From Escherichia phage vB_EcoM_G2469: a DNA stretch of 64,000 nt. Shown one piece after another: positions 9,995 to 20,784 of the stretch. The stretch lies in the sequence record MK327934.1; one strand, given 5' to 3'. Each line of letters begins with the position of its first letter. The first letter of the stretch is position 1. A program made the translations under genes and the position numbers. A model generated the notes under the pieces. The model was not told where the DNA came from, did not search any database, and saw only the letters and a program-made list of their open reading frames with translations.

Positions 9995-10026
9995 GATTGC
10001 CTCCTAAGTTGAAATTACATATCTAT

Positions 10027-10251
10027 TTATACAACTCTCATATGCATATCAATGCCCATATCTTTAGAATAAAAATATTCATCAAGATATCCGGCAAATT
10101 TTCCTTTAATATAAAGGACATCTTCACCACACGGGTGGTCTGCCAGGATACGAATATCCTGACGACGTAGACGATACTTTTCCATTAAGAATTTAATTTC
10201 AGTTTCAAATTCTTCATCATTATTAAAGGCATCTTCAATTGAATAACGCAT
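10027..10251 (-). CDS. hypothetical protein (T4 uvsY.-1-like)
   Basis: 74-aa ORF, ATGA overlap with uvsY stop. Confidence 0.5.
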   Translation of the reverse strand: MRYSIEDAFNNDEEFETEIKFLMEKYRLRRQDIRILADHPCGEDVLYIKGKFAGYLDEYFYSKDMGIDMHMRVV

Positions 10252-10664
10252 TATTGCCCCGCTTCAAATTCTCGCATATCCTGGATATGTTTAAGTGCAA
10301 AACTACGAGACTTAACTGCGTCAAGTGCACCACTACAGAACTCAAGTAAAATTCCCCAGTATTGTAAAGTAGTCTCTATTTTAAGCACATCTTTATCTGC
10401 AGCCAAGACAGTTTTCATTTCAGATTTCTCATATCGGTCCATACTGAATTCATCACCGTCACCTCGTCCCGAGTAGTAGTCTAATCTTGCTTTTAGAGCA
10501 GTTTTCTTCTTAGTCTCTATACGCAACATTTCTTTACGAATAAATGAGTGCTTACGTAGCCATTTGCTGTATAACTTAACATTATTCGCCGTCTCATATT
10601 GCAACTTTGTCATATCAATAGCTAAGTCTGCGTCTAACTCTTCCTGTAAATCTTCCAGCTTCAT
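10251..10664 (-). CDS. uvsY: UvsY recombination mediator
   Basis: 137 aa from internal ATG (MKLEDLQEEL...), matches T4 UvsY length and sequence; track ORF extends upstream from a non-ATG start. Confidence 0.88.
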   Translation of the reverse strand: MKLEDLQEELDADLAIDMTKLQYETANNVKLYSKWLRKHSFIRKEMLRIETKKKTALKARLDYYSGRGDGDEFSMDRYEKSEMKTVLAADKDVLKIETTLQYWGILLEFCSGALDAVKSRSFALKHIQDMREFEAGQ

Positions 10665-10744
10665 AATGTTCTCTCTTTTAACTAATAATCTCCCGGCTGT
10701 ATCGGAAGGACCTAAAACCATTATACATATGTTGCCTTGAAGCA

Positions 10745-11143
10745 TTACACTCTATTGCTTGACGCTAACTGAAGTTTAATTTGTTCAATATCGTCAGGGT
10801 TGTCTATGACCGAAAATCTAATCTCTACTATAACCGTATAGTCGTCATATACTGGCGTTACACTTACAGAAAGTTTGTCGATGCGTGGCTCATAGTTACG
10901 AACAGCTGCCTGGATATTACGCTCAATCGTATCGGCTGTAAGTGGTGTCATGTTCTCGAAAAGTTCATCAACCAAATCGCATCCAAATTCAGGGTCGAAG
11001 GGGCGCGAGCCTTTTCTAGTTGTCACTATGCCAAGAAGACTATTTTTAATAGAACGAAGTCCTACAGAACGAGCAACGTCCTTGTTCCAATCCATACGCA
11101 TTTCTGGGTCGATATCTGAATAAAGTTTATTGATATTAGACAT
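10745..11143 (-). CDS. 25: baseplate wedge protein gp25
   Basis: 132 aa, matches T4 gp25. Confidence 0.9.
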   Translation of the reverse strand: MSNINKLYSDIDPEMRMDWNKDVARSVGLRSIKNSLLGIVTTRKGSRPFDPEFGCDLVDELFENMTPLTADTIERNIQAAVRNYEPRIDKLSVSVTPVYDDYTVIVEIRFSVIDNPDDIEQIKLQLASSNRV

Positions 11144-11769
11144 TATAGTAACTCAAAGAATTCTTTGAGGCCTCGTATTGTGTGAACGTGTGACGCCCCA
11201 CATTTGGGACATTTAATAGGGGTTGCCAGATAAATTGATGGCGACACCAAAAGATTTTTAATATTGATTATGTCATCTTCTGTTATAAGGCCATAAAGGT
11301 CGTTTATTTCTGCTTCAGTTAAATCTTCAACAGGGATGGACTCTCCATTGACAAAAACAGCCTCAATACATGAAGCAATCATTAATGCGATATTTTTATC
11401 ATCAAATAATTTAGGTTGACGGAACTTAATTTTAATACCACTAAACGAATACCAGGGATCGGCCTGTTCATCTAATTGAGTGTGCAATAAATTCATATAG
11501 ACTTGAAATGAATGCCCACAGGAACAATTCCAGGTGTGTTCTTGATTCACTTCACCTAATGAATGTGCCCAAAGATTTACCAACAATAACTCGGCTTCTT
11601 GTTTAGTCAAGTTTTTAGCATTAGAGCAATTAGTGATAATATTGTTCACTGCGGATTCAATAGTACCGGTAGCCCGCGCACCTATGAGTCCTAAATATTC
11701 TTTTAAAGTAAAGGCTCTACAATTCACTTCTTTATCGCCTAAACGTACTGTAAACGTATATTTGTACAT
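11143..11769 (-). CDS. 26: baseplate hub protein gp26
   Basis: 208 aa, synteny 26-25. Confidence 0.85.
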   Translation of the reverse strand: MYKYTFTVRLGDKEVNCRAFTLKEYLGLIGARATGTIESAVNNIITNCSNAKNLTKQEAELLLVNLWAHSLGEVNQEHTWNCSCGHSFQVYMNLLHTQLDEQADPWYSFSGIKIKFRQPKLFDDKNIALMIASCIEAVFVNGESIPVEDLTEAEINDLYGLITEDDIINIKNLLVSPSIYLATPIKCPKCGASHVHTIRGLKEFFELL

Positions 11770-11787
11770 GTTAACTCCTTTATTGTG

Positions 11788-11799
11788 TATTTATAAATA
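11788..11799. promoter_or_regulatory. divergent overlapping late promoters (TATTTATAAATA) for genes 26 (minus) and 51 (plus)
   Basis: palindromic 12-mer containing TATAAATA on both strands between divergent late genes. Confidence 0.55.
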
Positions 11800-11816
11800 A
11801 TAGAAAAGGAGTAATT

Positions 11817-12569
11817 ATGGCTAATATAATTCGTTGTAAATTACCGGATGGTGTTCATCGTTTCAAGCCGTTCACCGTAGCGGATTATAGAGACTTTTTA
11901 CTAGTTAGAAATGATATCGAACATCGTTCGCCACAAGAACAAAAAGAAATAATTGCCGATCTGATTGATGATTATTTTAACGAATACCCTAAAACATGGC
12001 AACCATTTATATTCCTGCAAGTTTTTGCAGGCTCTATAGGCAAAACAAAAGTTCCCGTTATTTTCACTTGCCCTAAATGCTCTAAAGAAAAAACTACACC
12101 ATTTGAGATATATCAAAAAGAACTAGTCGAACCTGAACTTGATGTTGCTGGTATAAAAATACGTTTTTCTTTCCCTGAAAAGTTTTATGACAACAAAGCA
12201 TTAATGATAAGTGAAAACATAAAAGAAATATATTATAATGACGAATGGTACCCATGGAATGATTTGACTGAAGAGAACCAAATCCAAGTAATAGAAGCAA
12301 TAGACATTGACTCGCTCGAGAAGGTTATTGCTTCTATGAATCCTATTAATTTGACCCTTAGATTAGGATGTTGTGAACGACATGTTAAAACATATACTGA
12401 TATCTTAGAGGTTTTTAAATTGTTAGTTAACCCTGATGAGATTTTTACATTCTATCAGATAAACCATTCACTGGTAAAGAGTCAATACACATTGGATTCT
12501 ATTATGCAAATGATTCCTGTTGAACGTGGTATTGCTTTAACATTAGTAGAAAAGGACCATAAAAAATGA
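11817..12569 (+). CDS. 51: baseplate hub assembly protein gp51
   Basis: 250 aa, synteny. Confidence 0.85.
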   Translation: MANIIRCKLPDGVHRFKPFTVADYRDFLLVRNDIEHRSPQEQKEIIADLIDDYFNEYPKTWQPFIFLQVFAGSIGKTKVPVIFTCPKCSKEKTTPFEIYQKELVEPELDVAGIKIRFSFPEKFYDNKALMISENIKEIYYNDEWYPWNDLTEENQIQVIEAIDIDSLEKVIASMNPINLTLRLGCCERHVKTYTDILEVFKLLVNPDEIFTFYQINHSLVKSQYTLDSIMQMIPVERGIALTLVEKDHKK

Positions 12570-13738
12570 AAGTATTCCAACGTCCAGGATATCCTAACTT
12601 AAGCGTTAAATTATACCAAGATTATTCGGCTTGGCAAGAAAATAGATACGTTGAACTCGCGGCAACAATAACAACTTTAACCATGCGAGATTCGCTATAT
12701 GGAAGAAATGAAGGGATTCTTCAATTTTATGACACTAAAAACATCCACACTAAAATGGACGGTAGACAGATAGTTCAAATCTCTGTTTCAAATTCAAACA
12801 CACCTCTCCAAGTTAGAACTCGAATTTATGGATGTAGACATTATTCTGTGTCTGTGGACTCAAAAGGTGACAATATTATTGCAATTGAGCTTGGAACAAT
12901 ACATTCTATAGAGAACCTTAAATTTGGGCGTCCATTCTTCCCGGACGCAGGCGAATCTATACGTGAAATGTTAGGTGTCATATACAAAGACCGTGCGTTA
13001 ATTACTCCGCCAATAAACACTATTAATGCTTATGTTCCTGATATCCCTTGGACAAGCACATTTGATGATTATTTGGCATATGTCAGAGAATTAGGACTTG
13101 CTACAGCGAGTGATAAGTTCGTATTCGTATGGCAAGATATTTTAGGCGTAAACATGATTGACTACGATACTCTTATTGGTCAGGAAGGCATTAAGATGGT
13201 TGTAGGTGAGCCAAATACTGTAGGTCAGTATATTCAAGAGCTTGAGTATCCATTAGTATGGGATTTTACCTGGATGACTAAAGCCAACCAATTTACAAGA
13301 GACCCTATTAAAAACGCCACAATATTCGCCCATTCATTTTTAGATACATCTATTCCGGTTATTGTTACAGGCGACGGTGATAATGCTATTGTTGTGTCAA
13401 GATCCGGTGGATATTCCGAAATGACCTATCGTAATGGATTTGAAGAAGCAAGTCGTCTTCAGACAATGGCTCAATATGACGGATATGCTAAATGCACTAC
13501 TACAGGCAATTTTAACATAACTCCTGCTACTAAAATTATATTTGTTGACCAAAAGAACCAATTCAAATCCGAATTTTACGTGGATGAAGTTATTCATGAG
13601 TTATCAAATAACAACTCACAAACTCATCTGTACATGTTTACCAACTCAATGGTGTTAGAACCTGTTAACCCAGTTAAGGTTAAAAATGAACTTAAATCTG
13701 ATTCTACCTCTAAAGAAAATAATTCTACCACAGTCTAA
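12566..13738 (+). CDS. 27: baseplate hub protein gp27
   Basis: 390 aa, ATGA overlap with 51. Confidence 0.9.
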   Translation: MKVFQRPGYPNLSVKLYQDYSAWQENRYVELAATITTLTMRDSLYGRNEGILQFYDTKNIHTKMDGRQIVQISVSNSNTPLQVRTRIYGCRHYSVSVDSKGDNIIAIELGTIHSIENLKFGRPFFPDAGESIREMLGVIYKDRALITPPINTINAYVPDIPWTSTFDDYLAYVRELGLATASDKFVFVWQDILGVNMIDYDTLIGQEGIKMVVGEPNTVGQYIQELEYPLVWDFTWMTKANQFTRDPIKNATIFAHSFLDTSIPVIVTGDGDNAIVVSRSGGYSEMTYRNGFEEASRLQTMAQYDGYAKCTTTGNFNITPATKIIFVDQKNQFKSEFYVDEVIHELSNNNSQTHLYMFTNSMVLEPVNPVKVKNELKSDSTSKENNSTTV

Positions 13739-14219
13739 TAAAAAGGTAATGATTCCTAAATTAGGGCTCAAACATTATAATCTTTTAAAGGACGTTAAAG
13801 GTCCTGATGAAAATATGAAAATCTTAGCTGATTCTATTTGTAAAAATATGAGTCCCGCAGATTTTGATTTTGCATGTCTACACATATTGGAATTTAATAA
13901 CAAACTTAAGTCTGAAGTTGAAAAAGACGGATTCACGTATAAACTAGATGACGTCTATGTATGCCAACGAACAGAATTCCAATTCCAAGGCAATACTTTT
14001 TATTTTAGACCTCCAGGCAAATTTGAGCAATTCGCTACAATCAGTGAAATGCTATCAAATTGCTTAATAAAAGTTAATGACGAAGAGAAAGAAATTTCTT
14101 TCCTTGAGATGCCTGCTTTTGTAATCAAATGGGCAGAAGACCTTTCGACAACTATTGCTATTCCAGGCCCCAATGGTCCTATTAAGGGTATAGCAGAAAT
14201 TATTGGATTGCTTGAATGA
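13686..14219 (+). CDS. 28: baseplate hub distal protein gp28
   Basis: 177 aa, overlaps 3' end of 27. Confidence 0.8.
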   Translation: MNLNLILPLKKIILPQSNKKVMIPKLGLKHYNLLKDVKGPDENMKILADSICKNMSPADFDFACLHILEFNNKLKSEVEKDGFTYKLDDVYVCQRTEFQFQGNTFYFRPPGKFEQFATISEMLSNCLIKVNDEEKEISFLEMPAFVIKWAEDLSTTIAIPGPNGPIKGIAEIIGLLE

Positions 14220-15988
14220 AACCTGAAGAAATGAAATCCATGCGTAGAAATAAGGTCATTGCCGATAATAAACCACAAAAAGTAGCTGCTGATGCAGCTA
14301 CCGATTCATTAGAAGCATTGAATAACATTTCATCAAAACTAGACGATGTCCAAGCCGCGTCTGAACTCACATCACAAAGTGTAGAAGATAAAGGCAATGG
14401 AATTATTGAATCAATTGGAGACTTAAAGAATTCGACAGATAATACTGCTGAAGGCACAGAGCTTATCGCAGAAGTTATTGAAAAACAAACTGAAGTCACT
14501 AAAAGTATAAACGAAGTTTCTAGTGCAATAAGCTCTAAGTTAGACCGATTAGCTACATTATTAGAGCAAAAATTACAAACATCTACCGCTATTCAAAATA
14601 CAGGAGGCACCTCTCTTGAAGTAATTGAGAACGCAATACCTGTTAAAGTGGTTGAGAATGAAACTTCTGATGAGCTGTTTAAAGCATTCCCTACACCTGA
14701 AAAGATTGATAATAAGCCAGACGAAGATTTCTTCCCGGCTCCGGTTCAAGAAAGTGCTAATTCTACTTCCGATTCTAAAGGTGGAATTAGCTTTAAATTG
14801 AGCGATAAAATTGCAATGCTCACCAAAACAGTTCAAACCGGGTTTAATAAATCAATATCAATTTCAGACAGAATTGCTGGAATGCTTTTCAAATACACTA
14901 TAACGGCTGCTATTGAAGCAGCAAAAATGGCCGCACTTATTCTTGGTATTGTTATCGGTATTGATTTATTGATAGTCCATTTCAAATATTGGACAGACAA
15001 GTTCACTTCTGCCTGGGATTTATTTGATGAAAACTTTACTAAATTCTCCGATGAAGCTAAAGAGTGGGGTAAATTCTTAAGTGATATATTCACTTCTATT
15101 GACTCGATAAAACAATTGTGGGAAGCTGGAGACTGGGGTGGTTTAACCGTTGCTATTGTCAAAGGTGTAGGAACAGCATTAATGAACTTAGGTGAACTAA
15201 TTCAATTAGGAATGGCTAAACTCTCTGCGTCTATATTGCGTGCTATAGGTTTTGGCGATACCGCGGACGAAATAGAAGGACGTGCTTTGGAAGGATTCCA
15301 AGAAACTACTGGGAACAAATTAAAGAAAGAAGACCAAGAGAAAGTCGCTAAATATCAAATGAAGCGTGACGATGGGGAATTAGGAACCGTTTCTAAAGGT
15401 CTTGATATGCTACAACGCGGCAAAACATTCGTTACTAACTGGGTTCGTGGTAATGACAATAAAGAAGAGTTTAGTACAAGTGATGAGCGTGCTGCGGAAT
15501 CGGCAAAATTAAAAGAGTTACCTGAAGAGGAGCGTAAAGAGGCATATATAAAAGCTAATGAAACTCGTGCGGCACTGGTTAGATTTGAGGATTATATCGA
15601 TAAAATCGATATGACTAATCCGGAAAATGCTAAAAACGTCGAGAAGTCTTATGCTGATTTAAGTAAACTTATTAAAGACCCTGAACTTAATAAAACTCCT
15701 GTTGTTAAAAAGGAATTAGATGCTAGATTTGAAAAGCTAAATAATAAAATGGCTGAAGCCAAAAAGGCTCAGACAACAGTTAAGCCTGAATCTTCGTCTA
15801 AATCTCCGGAAGCAAAACAAGTTCAGTCAATAGAGAAAGGACGTGCTTCTGAATCTAAACAACAGCAACCGGTAGCGGCGATTAGTAACACAAATAATGT
15901 CGTCAAAAAGAATACCGTAGTCCAGAATATGACCCCTGTAACAAGTACAACGGCTCCTGGAATTTTCCATGCCACCGGTGTTAATTAA
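14216..15988 (+). CDS. 29: baseplate hub / tail length protein gp29
   Basis: 590 aa, synteny. Confidence 0.9.
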   Translation: MKPEEMKSMRRNKVIADNKPQKVAADAATDSLEALNNISSKLDDVQAASELTSQSVEDKGNGIIESIGDLKNSTDNTAEGTELIAEVIEKQTEVTKSINEVSSAISSKLDRLATLLEQKLQTSTAIQNTGGTSLEVIENAIPVKVVENETSDELFKAFPTPEKIDNKPDEDFFPAPVQESANSTSDSKGGISFKLSDKIAMLTKTVQTGFNKSISISDRIAGMLFKYTITAAIEAAKMAALILGIVIGIDLLIVHFKYWTDKFTSAWDLFDENFTKFSDEAKEWGKFLSDIFTSIDSIKQLWEAGDWGGLTVAIVKGVGTALMNLGELIQLGMAKLSASILRAIGFGDTADEIEGRALEGFQETTGNKLKKEDQEKVAKYQMKRDDGELGTVSKGLDMLQRGKTFVTNWVRGNDNKEEFSTSDERAAESAKLKELPEEERKEAYIKANETRAALVRFEDYIDKIDMTNPENAKNVEKSYADLSKLIKDPELNKTPVVKKELDARFEKLNNKMAEAKKAQTTVKPESSSKSPEAKQVQSIEKGRASESKQQQPVAAISNTNNVVKKNTVVQNMTPVTSTTAPGIFHATGVN

Positions 15989-15996
15989 GGATTATT

Positions 15997-17106
15997 ATGA
16001 TTAGTGTAAAAGAAATAGTAGTAGATGCAAAGGATTTAAATAAAGCAATCCCAGTCTCAGAAAGTGCCGGGCAAAGCACTAAAACCGAAACAACTACTAA
16101 AACTTATGTTGCTCAATTTCCTACAGGAAGAGCAGCCGGAAATGACTCCACAGGAGACTTCCAGGTAACAGACCTTTATAAGAATGGATTATTATTTACC
16201 GCGTACAATATGTCTGCACGCGATTCAGGATCCCTCAGGAATTTACGTCCGGCATATGCCGGTACTTCATCTAATGGTATCATATCAGATTTAACTGATA
16301 ATGTTAAAGATGCAGTGACTAAATTCTCTAATGGATTGCTTCCTGCCGGGGCTAATAAATCTACTATAAATAAAACTCCTGTTGCTAATATACTTTTGCC
16401 ACGTTCCAAATCTGACGTCGATACAACTTCACATCGTTTTAATGATATCGGTGATAGCCTTATTACTAAAGGTGGAGGTACTGCTACGGGTGTTTTAAGT
16501 AACATTGCTTCTACTGCAGTCTTTGGTGCATTAGATTCTATTACTCAAGGGCTTATGGCTGATAATAACGAACAGATTTATACGACTTCTCGTAGTATGT
16601 ACGGTGGTGCTGAGAACCGTACCAAAGTCTTTACATGGGATTTAACTCCGCGTTCAACTGAAGACCTTATGGCTATTATAAACATTTACCAGTATTTTAA
16701 CTATTTCTCATATGGTGAGACCGGTAAATCACAGTACGCCCAAGAGATTAAAAGTTATTTAGACGAATGGTACCGTTCAACGTTTATTGAGCCTATGACA
16801 CCTGACGATGCAGTAAAAAATAAGACATTGTTTGAAAAGATTACTGCGTCATTAACAAATGTATTAGTTGTAAGCAACCCTACAATTTGGATGGTTAAAA
16901 ACTTTGGTTATACGTCTAAATTTGATGGATTAACTGACGTATTTGGTCCATGTCAAATTCAAAGCGTACGTTTTGATAAAACTCCAAATGGACAATTTAA
17001 TGGTCTCGCTGTTGCTCCTAACTTACCATCAACATTTACGTTAGAGATAACAATGCGAGAAATTATTACATTAAACCGTTCTTCACTTTATGCGGGGACT
17101 TTCTAA
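15997..17106 (+). CDS. 48: baseplate tail-tube junction protein gp48
   Basis: 369 aa, synteny. Confidence 0.88.
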   Translation: MISVKEIVVDAKDLNKAIPVSESAGQSTKTETTTKTYVAQFPTGRAAGNDSTGDFQVTDLYKNGLLFTAYNMSARDSGSLRNLRPAYAGTSSNGIISDLTDNVKDAVTKFSNGLLPAGANKSTINKTPVANILLPRSKSDVDTTSHRFNDIGDSLITKGGGTATGVLSNIASTAVFGALDSITQGLMADNNEQIYTTSRSMYGGAENRTKVFTWDLTPRSTEDLMAIINIYQYFNYFSYGETGKSQYAQEIKSYLDEWYRSTFIEPMTPDDAVKNKTLFEKITASLTNVLVVSNPTIWMVKNFGYTSKFDGLTDVFGPCQIQSVRFDKTPNGQFNGLAVAPNLPSTFTLEITMREIITLNRSSLYAGTF

Positions 17107-18068
17107 TGTACTCTTTAGAAGAATTTAATAACCAAGCTATAAATGCAGATTTCCAACGAAACAATATGTTTAGTTGTGTATTTGCTACTACACCATCGAC
17201 TAAATCATCTTCACTAATTTCGTCAATTGGTAGTTTTGCTTATAGTAACTTAGGGTTGGATTCCGATTGGCTAGGATTGTCTCAAGGTGATATCAATCAG
17301 GGCGTAACAACCCTGATTACAGCAGGAACACAGAAATTAATTCGAAAATCAGGTGTAAGTAAATATCTGATTGGAGCAATGAGTCAACGTACGGTACAAA
17401 GCTTGTTAGGTGAGTTCACAGTAGGAACTTATCTGATAGACTTCTTCAATATGGCATATAATAATACAGGTTTAATGATTTATTCTGTAAAAATGCCTGA
17501 GAACCGATTATCTTATGAAACGGATTTCAACTATAACTCCCCGAACATCCGAATTACCGGCCGTGAAATGGACCCGTTAGTAATAAGCTTTAGAATGGAT
17601 TCTGAAGCATCTAACTTTAGAGCAATGCAAGACTGGGTAAACTCAGTCCAAGACCCTGTAACAGGTCTTCGTGCTTTACCACAAGACGTCGAAGCAGATA
17701 TTCAGGTTAATTTACATGCACGAAATGGTTTACCACATACCGCTGTTATGTTCACCGGATGTATTCCTGTTAGCGTCTCTTCTCCTGAGTTAACGTATGA
17801 TGGTGATAATCAGATAACAGTTTTTGATGTAACATTTGCTTATCGTGTTATGCAATCAGGTGCTGTAAATAGACAGGCTGCTTTAGAATGGCTGGAATCA
17901 GGACTTATTAGTAGTGTTTCAGGAATGTTTGGAAATAATCAGAATGATTCTGGACTAGGAAGTGCAGTATCAAGACTTTCTAGATTAGGTGGGACTGCTG
18001 GTGGTGTGTCTAATATAAACACATTGACAGGTGTGGTGAATTCTGCGTCAAGAGTTTTAGGACTATAA
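17106..18068 (+). CDS. 54: baseplate tail-tube initiator gp54
   Basis: 320 aa, TAATG overlap with 48. Confidence 0.88.
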   Translation: MYSLEEFNNQAINADFQRNNMFSCVFATTPSTKSSSLISSIGSFAYSNLGLDSDWLGLSQGDINQGVTTLITAGTQKLIRKSGVSKYLIGAMSQRTVQSLLGEFTVGTYLIDFFNMAYNNTGLMIYSVKMPENRLSYETDFNYNSPNIRITGREMDPLVISFRMDSEASNFRAMQDWVNSVQDPVTGLRALPQDVEADIQVNLHARNGLPHTAVMFTGCIPVSVSSPELTYDGDNQITVFDVTFAYRVMQSGAVNRQAALEWLESGLISSVSGMFGNNQNDSGLGSAVSRLSRLGGTAGGVSNINTLTGVVNSASRVLGL

Positions 18069-18074
18069 GAAAAA

Positions 18075-18096
18075 GGGAGACGTTGTCTCCCTTTAG
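18075..18096. terminator. bidirectional terminator hairpin
   Basis: A5-GGGAGAC-GTT-GTCTCCC-TTT. Confidence 0.55.
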
Positions 18097-18100
18097 GGGT

Positions 18101-18394
18101 TTATTTACGGAATGAAAGGAATGCTGGTGCTCGGAATGGAGTATCATCTTTAGAGTATTTAACTAATACGACCATTGGTACCTCTGTTTCTAAATGACCT
18201 GTCACTACACCGATAAAAATTTGATCAGTGTGCTCAGGGTCACGAAAGTTTTTAAGAGGTTCCATAGCAATATGGAATGCACCTGGGAATACTCGATTCA
18301 ATTCGTCAATCACAGCTTCGTTAAAAACATCATCCGCTGGGATAGCATCTTCAACTACTAGTTCTTGACCATTAAAGCGAAGCATAGATTTCAT
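18101..18394 (-). CDS. hypothetical protein (alt upstream-region ORF)
   Basis: 97 aa from ATG with GAGGAAA RBS; track ORF extends further upstream. Confidence 0.45.
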   Translation of the reverse strand: MKSMLRFNGQELVVEDAIPADDVFNEAVIDELNRVFPGAFHIAMEPLKNFRDPEHTDQIFIGVVTGHLETEVPMVVLVKYSKDDTPFRAPAFLSFRK

Positions 18395-18422
18395 AACGTT
18401 TTCCTCATGTTGTTGATGGGAC

Positions 18423-18453
18423 AATAGTATCACACATCCATGTGTTTGTAAAC
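18423..18453 (-). promoter_or_regulatory. early-type promoter inside 3' end of alt
   Basis: AATAGTAT ... GTAAAC on plus strand (reverse complement of -35/-10). Confidence 0.4.
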
Positions 18454-20540
18454 TATCCTTGGACAAATTTAAACGGAACTGATTCTAAATCCATTAAAGA
18501 TGCTAACAATTTCAAACCTTTAGGTGCACTAGTTTTTTCTACAAATGAGGAGAACGATACCGGCTCAACTGATTCGATTTCACCCGTCATAGCAACCACC
18601 TCGCCTGTTTCCATGAGAACATCACCATCGTAAATGACAGCTTCATCTAACTGGTCTGAGGACATGACTTCAGCTTGAATAAATTTAAGGTTGGATTCTA
18701 AACCTGCACCAGTGTCAGATGACGCATCTGTAATTTTATTTATCTGCAAGAGAATGCCTCTAGGCAAAATAATTTCTTGCTCATTAGGGTGATTACTCAA
18801 CTGTCCCGGATAAATCACGTTAACTTTATGGGCGCCATCAATAGCCCATCCAACGTTAACACGGATTTGTTCTGGTGCATGCATAGCTGTTCTTACTTGA
18901 CTAGGAGAAATAGTAACACCTTCGTCATTATTGTCAATGTTAAGCTCTTTGCGAACTTCTTCAGGAGCAAGTCCAAGGGCAACGTTCTCTTTAAACCCAC
19001 CGAAAATAATAGGAGCTAGTGAAGTGGAAACATAGTTTCTGAAATAGAATACCTTATTTTTAACCATTGCTTCGTAAATAGGCATTCTGATAGACTGAGC
19101 TCTATATAACGTTAGTCCTTCAGGTAAACGGTCTCCATTTAAAAACGCCGAATCAAGACCATCAATAGCGCGTTTAACTTCATCTTCATCTGCAACATCG
19201 TAAAAATCTGGTTTATAACGACCTAACAACATATTATTGATATCGGTATACGCAGAAGAGGCATATTCACGAATAGCTCGTTTTTCAGCAACAGAGTATT
19301 GTTTAGGGTCCCGATTCATTGTTATATTAAAGGTGCCTCTAGCCGATTCTCGTGCATAAGTATACATCACATTAGACAAGAACGCTGATTTACGTTGTTT
19401 CCAAGTTTTTTCAGATACTTCAGCTAAAACATCGTCGGCCAGTTGGAAATTATCACGTCTAAAATCTTCAAACCATTCGTCTTTAATAGAGTCTGCAATT
19501 TCATTTGCAGCTTCAACAAAAGCAGCTAATGCTTTAACAGATGTTGTTTTTTCAGTTTTAATTTTCTTAGCAAACTTTTCTAAAGTTGGCTTAATAACAC
19601 TACCATAAGAAACTTCATCAGCAAATCTAAAGGATTCATCAATACGATTATAAATCTTATTTTCGATATCAGCAACTAAAGTGCCTTTTGCTGTGGATGA
19701 TGCTTGGGCCAGTACGATTTCATATGCTTCAGGAAGTAATTCGGCTGTAGCTGGGCCACTAACTTCTTTAGCAGAATTTTCGTATTTCTGGAATAACTCA
19801 CCTTCTTGTCGGTCAGCTTCTAAAGATTGACTTGCTGCAATAGCACGACGAGAAATTTTAGTACGAGCAATAACAGGCTTATCTTTACGTTTTTCTTCTA
19901 CAGCAGCAATAGAACCAGCGATAGCCGTTTCTTTGGTGACCTTTTCGCCGGTCTTTTTACTCACATAAACTTCGCCAACATCAGAATCTACTTTCGTGTA
20001 CAACTCTGTGTTAATGTTAGGGATGCCTTTAATATCTTCAATGTTGGCATTTTTACGAACCATCATCACATAGGTGTGTTTACCTGTGAATTGATACATT
20101 GCCGACAATACTTTAAAACGACCACCGGTTTTAGTAGAAACTAAACGAGCAAGAAGAGTTTGAAGCTGCTGACCACGTCCTTTCAATTTCTTGGTAGGGA
20201 ATCGGAACAGAACTGCATCCATACGAAGAGCTTTAACCTGTTCATATACTGTATTGAAAATGGTGTTGATTGCATCAATAGGAGCAGGACCAAGGCCATT
20301 TTTCAATTCAGCGAGATTACCCTTTTCAGACAGACTCATAATAACAACATGAGCGTATTTGTCGCCAAGTTTAACTTGTTTTACGGCGTCGCCTTCGGAA
20401 AGGTAAGAGAATAAACGAACTACGATGTTTGTATCGATATCACCAATTTTCCAGACTTGTGGAACTTTAGCTTTAGGGTTCAAATTGACGACAGGAAGAC
20501 TGCCTTCAGATTCAAACACTTCATTTAATTGTTCAGACAT
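18453..20540 (-). CDS. alt: Alt ADP-ribosyltransferase (virion-injected, modifies host RNA polymerase)
   Basis: 695 aa, position between 54 and 30, similarity to T4 Alt. Confidence 0.85.
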   Translation of the reverse strand: MSEQLNEVFESEGSLPVVNLNPKAKVPQVWKIGDIDTNIVVRLFSYLSEGDAVKQVKLGDKYAHVVIMSLSEKGNLAELKNGLGPAPIDAINTIFNTVYEQVKALRMDAVLFRFPTKKLKGRGQQLQTLLARLVSTKTGGRFKVLSAMYQFTGKHTYVMMVRKNANIEDIKGIPNINTELYTKVDSDVGEVYVSKKTGEKVTKETAIAGSIAAVEEKRKDKPVIARTKISRRAIAASQSLEADRQEGELFQKYENSAKEVSGPATAELLPEAYEIVLAQASSTAKGTLVADIENKIYNRIDESFRFADEVSYGSVIKPTLEKFAKKIKTEKTTSVKALAAFVEAANEIADSIKDEWFEDFRRDNFQLADDVLAEVSEKTWKQRKSAFLSNVMYTYARESARGTFNITMNRDPKQYSVAEKRAIREYASSAYTDINNMLLGRYKPDFYDVADEDEVKRAIDGLDSAFLNGDRLPEGLTLYRAQSIRMPIYEAMVKNKVFYFRNYVSTSLAPIIFGGFKENVALGLAPEEVRKELNIDNNDEGVTISPSQVRTAMHAPEQIRVNVGWAIDGAHKVNVIYPGQLSNHPNEQEIILPRGILLQINKITDASSDTGAGLESNLKFIQAEVMSSDQLDEAVIYDGDVLMETGEVVAMTGEIESVEPVSFSSFVEKTSAPKGLKLLASLMDLESVPFKFVQG

Positions 20541-20576
20541 AGAGTTTTCCTTTTAGTAATAATTTATATTTATGCC

Positions 20577-20596
20577 AAAAAGAGCCCGAAGGCTCT
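20577..20596 (-). terminator. terminator hairpin
   Basis: AGAGCC-CGAA-GGCTCT followed by U-tract on minus strand. Confidence 0.5.
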
Positions 20597-20784
20597 TAAT
20601 CCACAATCGGGAGCAAAGTACGATAAACTTCAAAATTAGGGCCTTTTTCGTACTTATCAAAATTGTCCATAAAAATATGATAGGAATCGTTATTAGGAAA
20701 ATCTAATATAATCTGAGAGCAAGAGGTGGAAACATCTCCACCATCCTTCTTAGCTACAATAACTGTTTCTAAATAAGCTTTCAT
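20596..20784 (-). CDS. hypothetical protein (62 aa)
   Basis: ORF starting MKAYLE..., ATGA overlap with ligase stop. Confidence 0.4.
   Translation of the reverse strand: MKAYLETVIVAKKDGGDVSTSCSQIILDFPNNDSYHIFMDNFDKYEKGPNFEVYRTLLPIVD

Noticed and set aside
9790-9996. 68-aa plus-strand track ORF
   Set aside because: Opposite to local transcription and lacking an RBS; the minus-strand 55-aa ORF with GGAGG RBS is preferred
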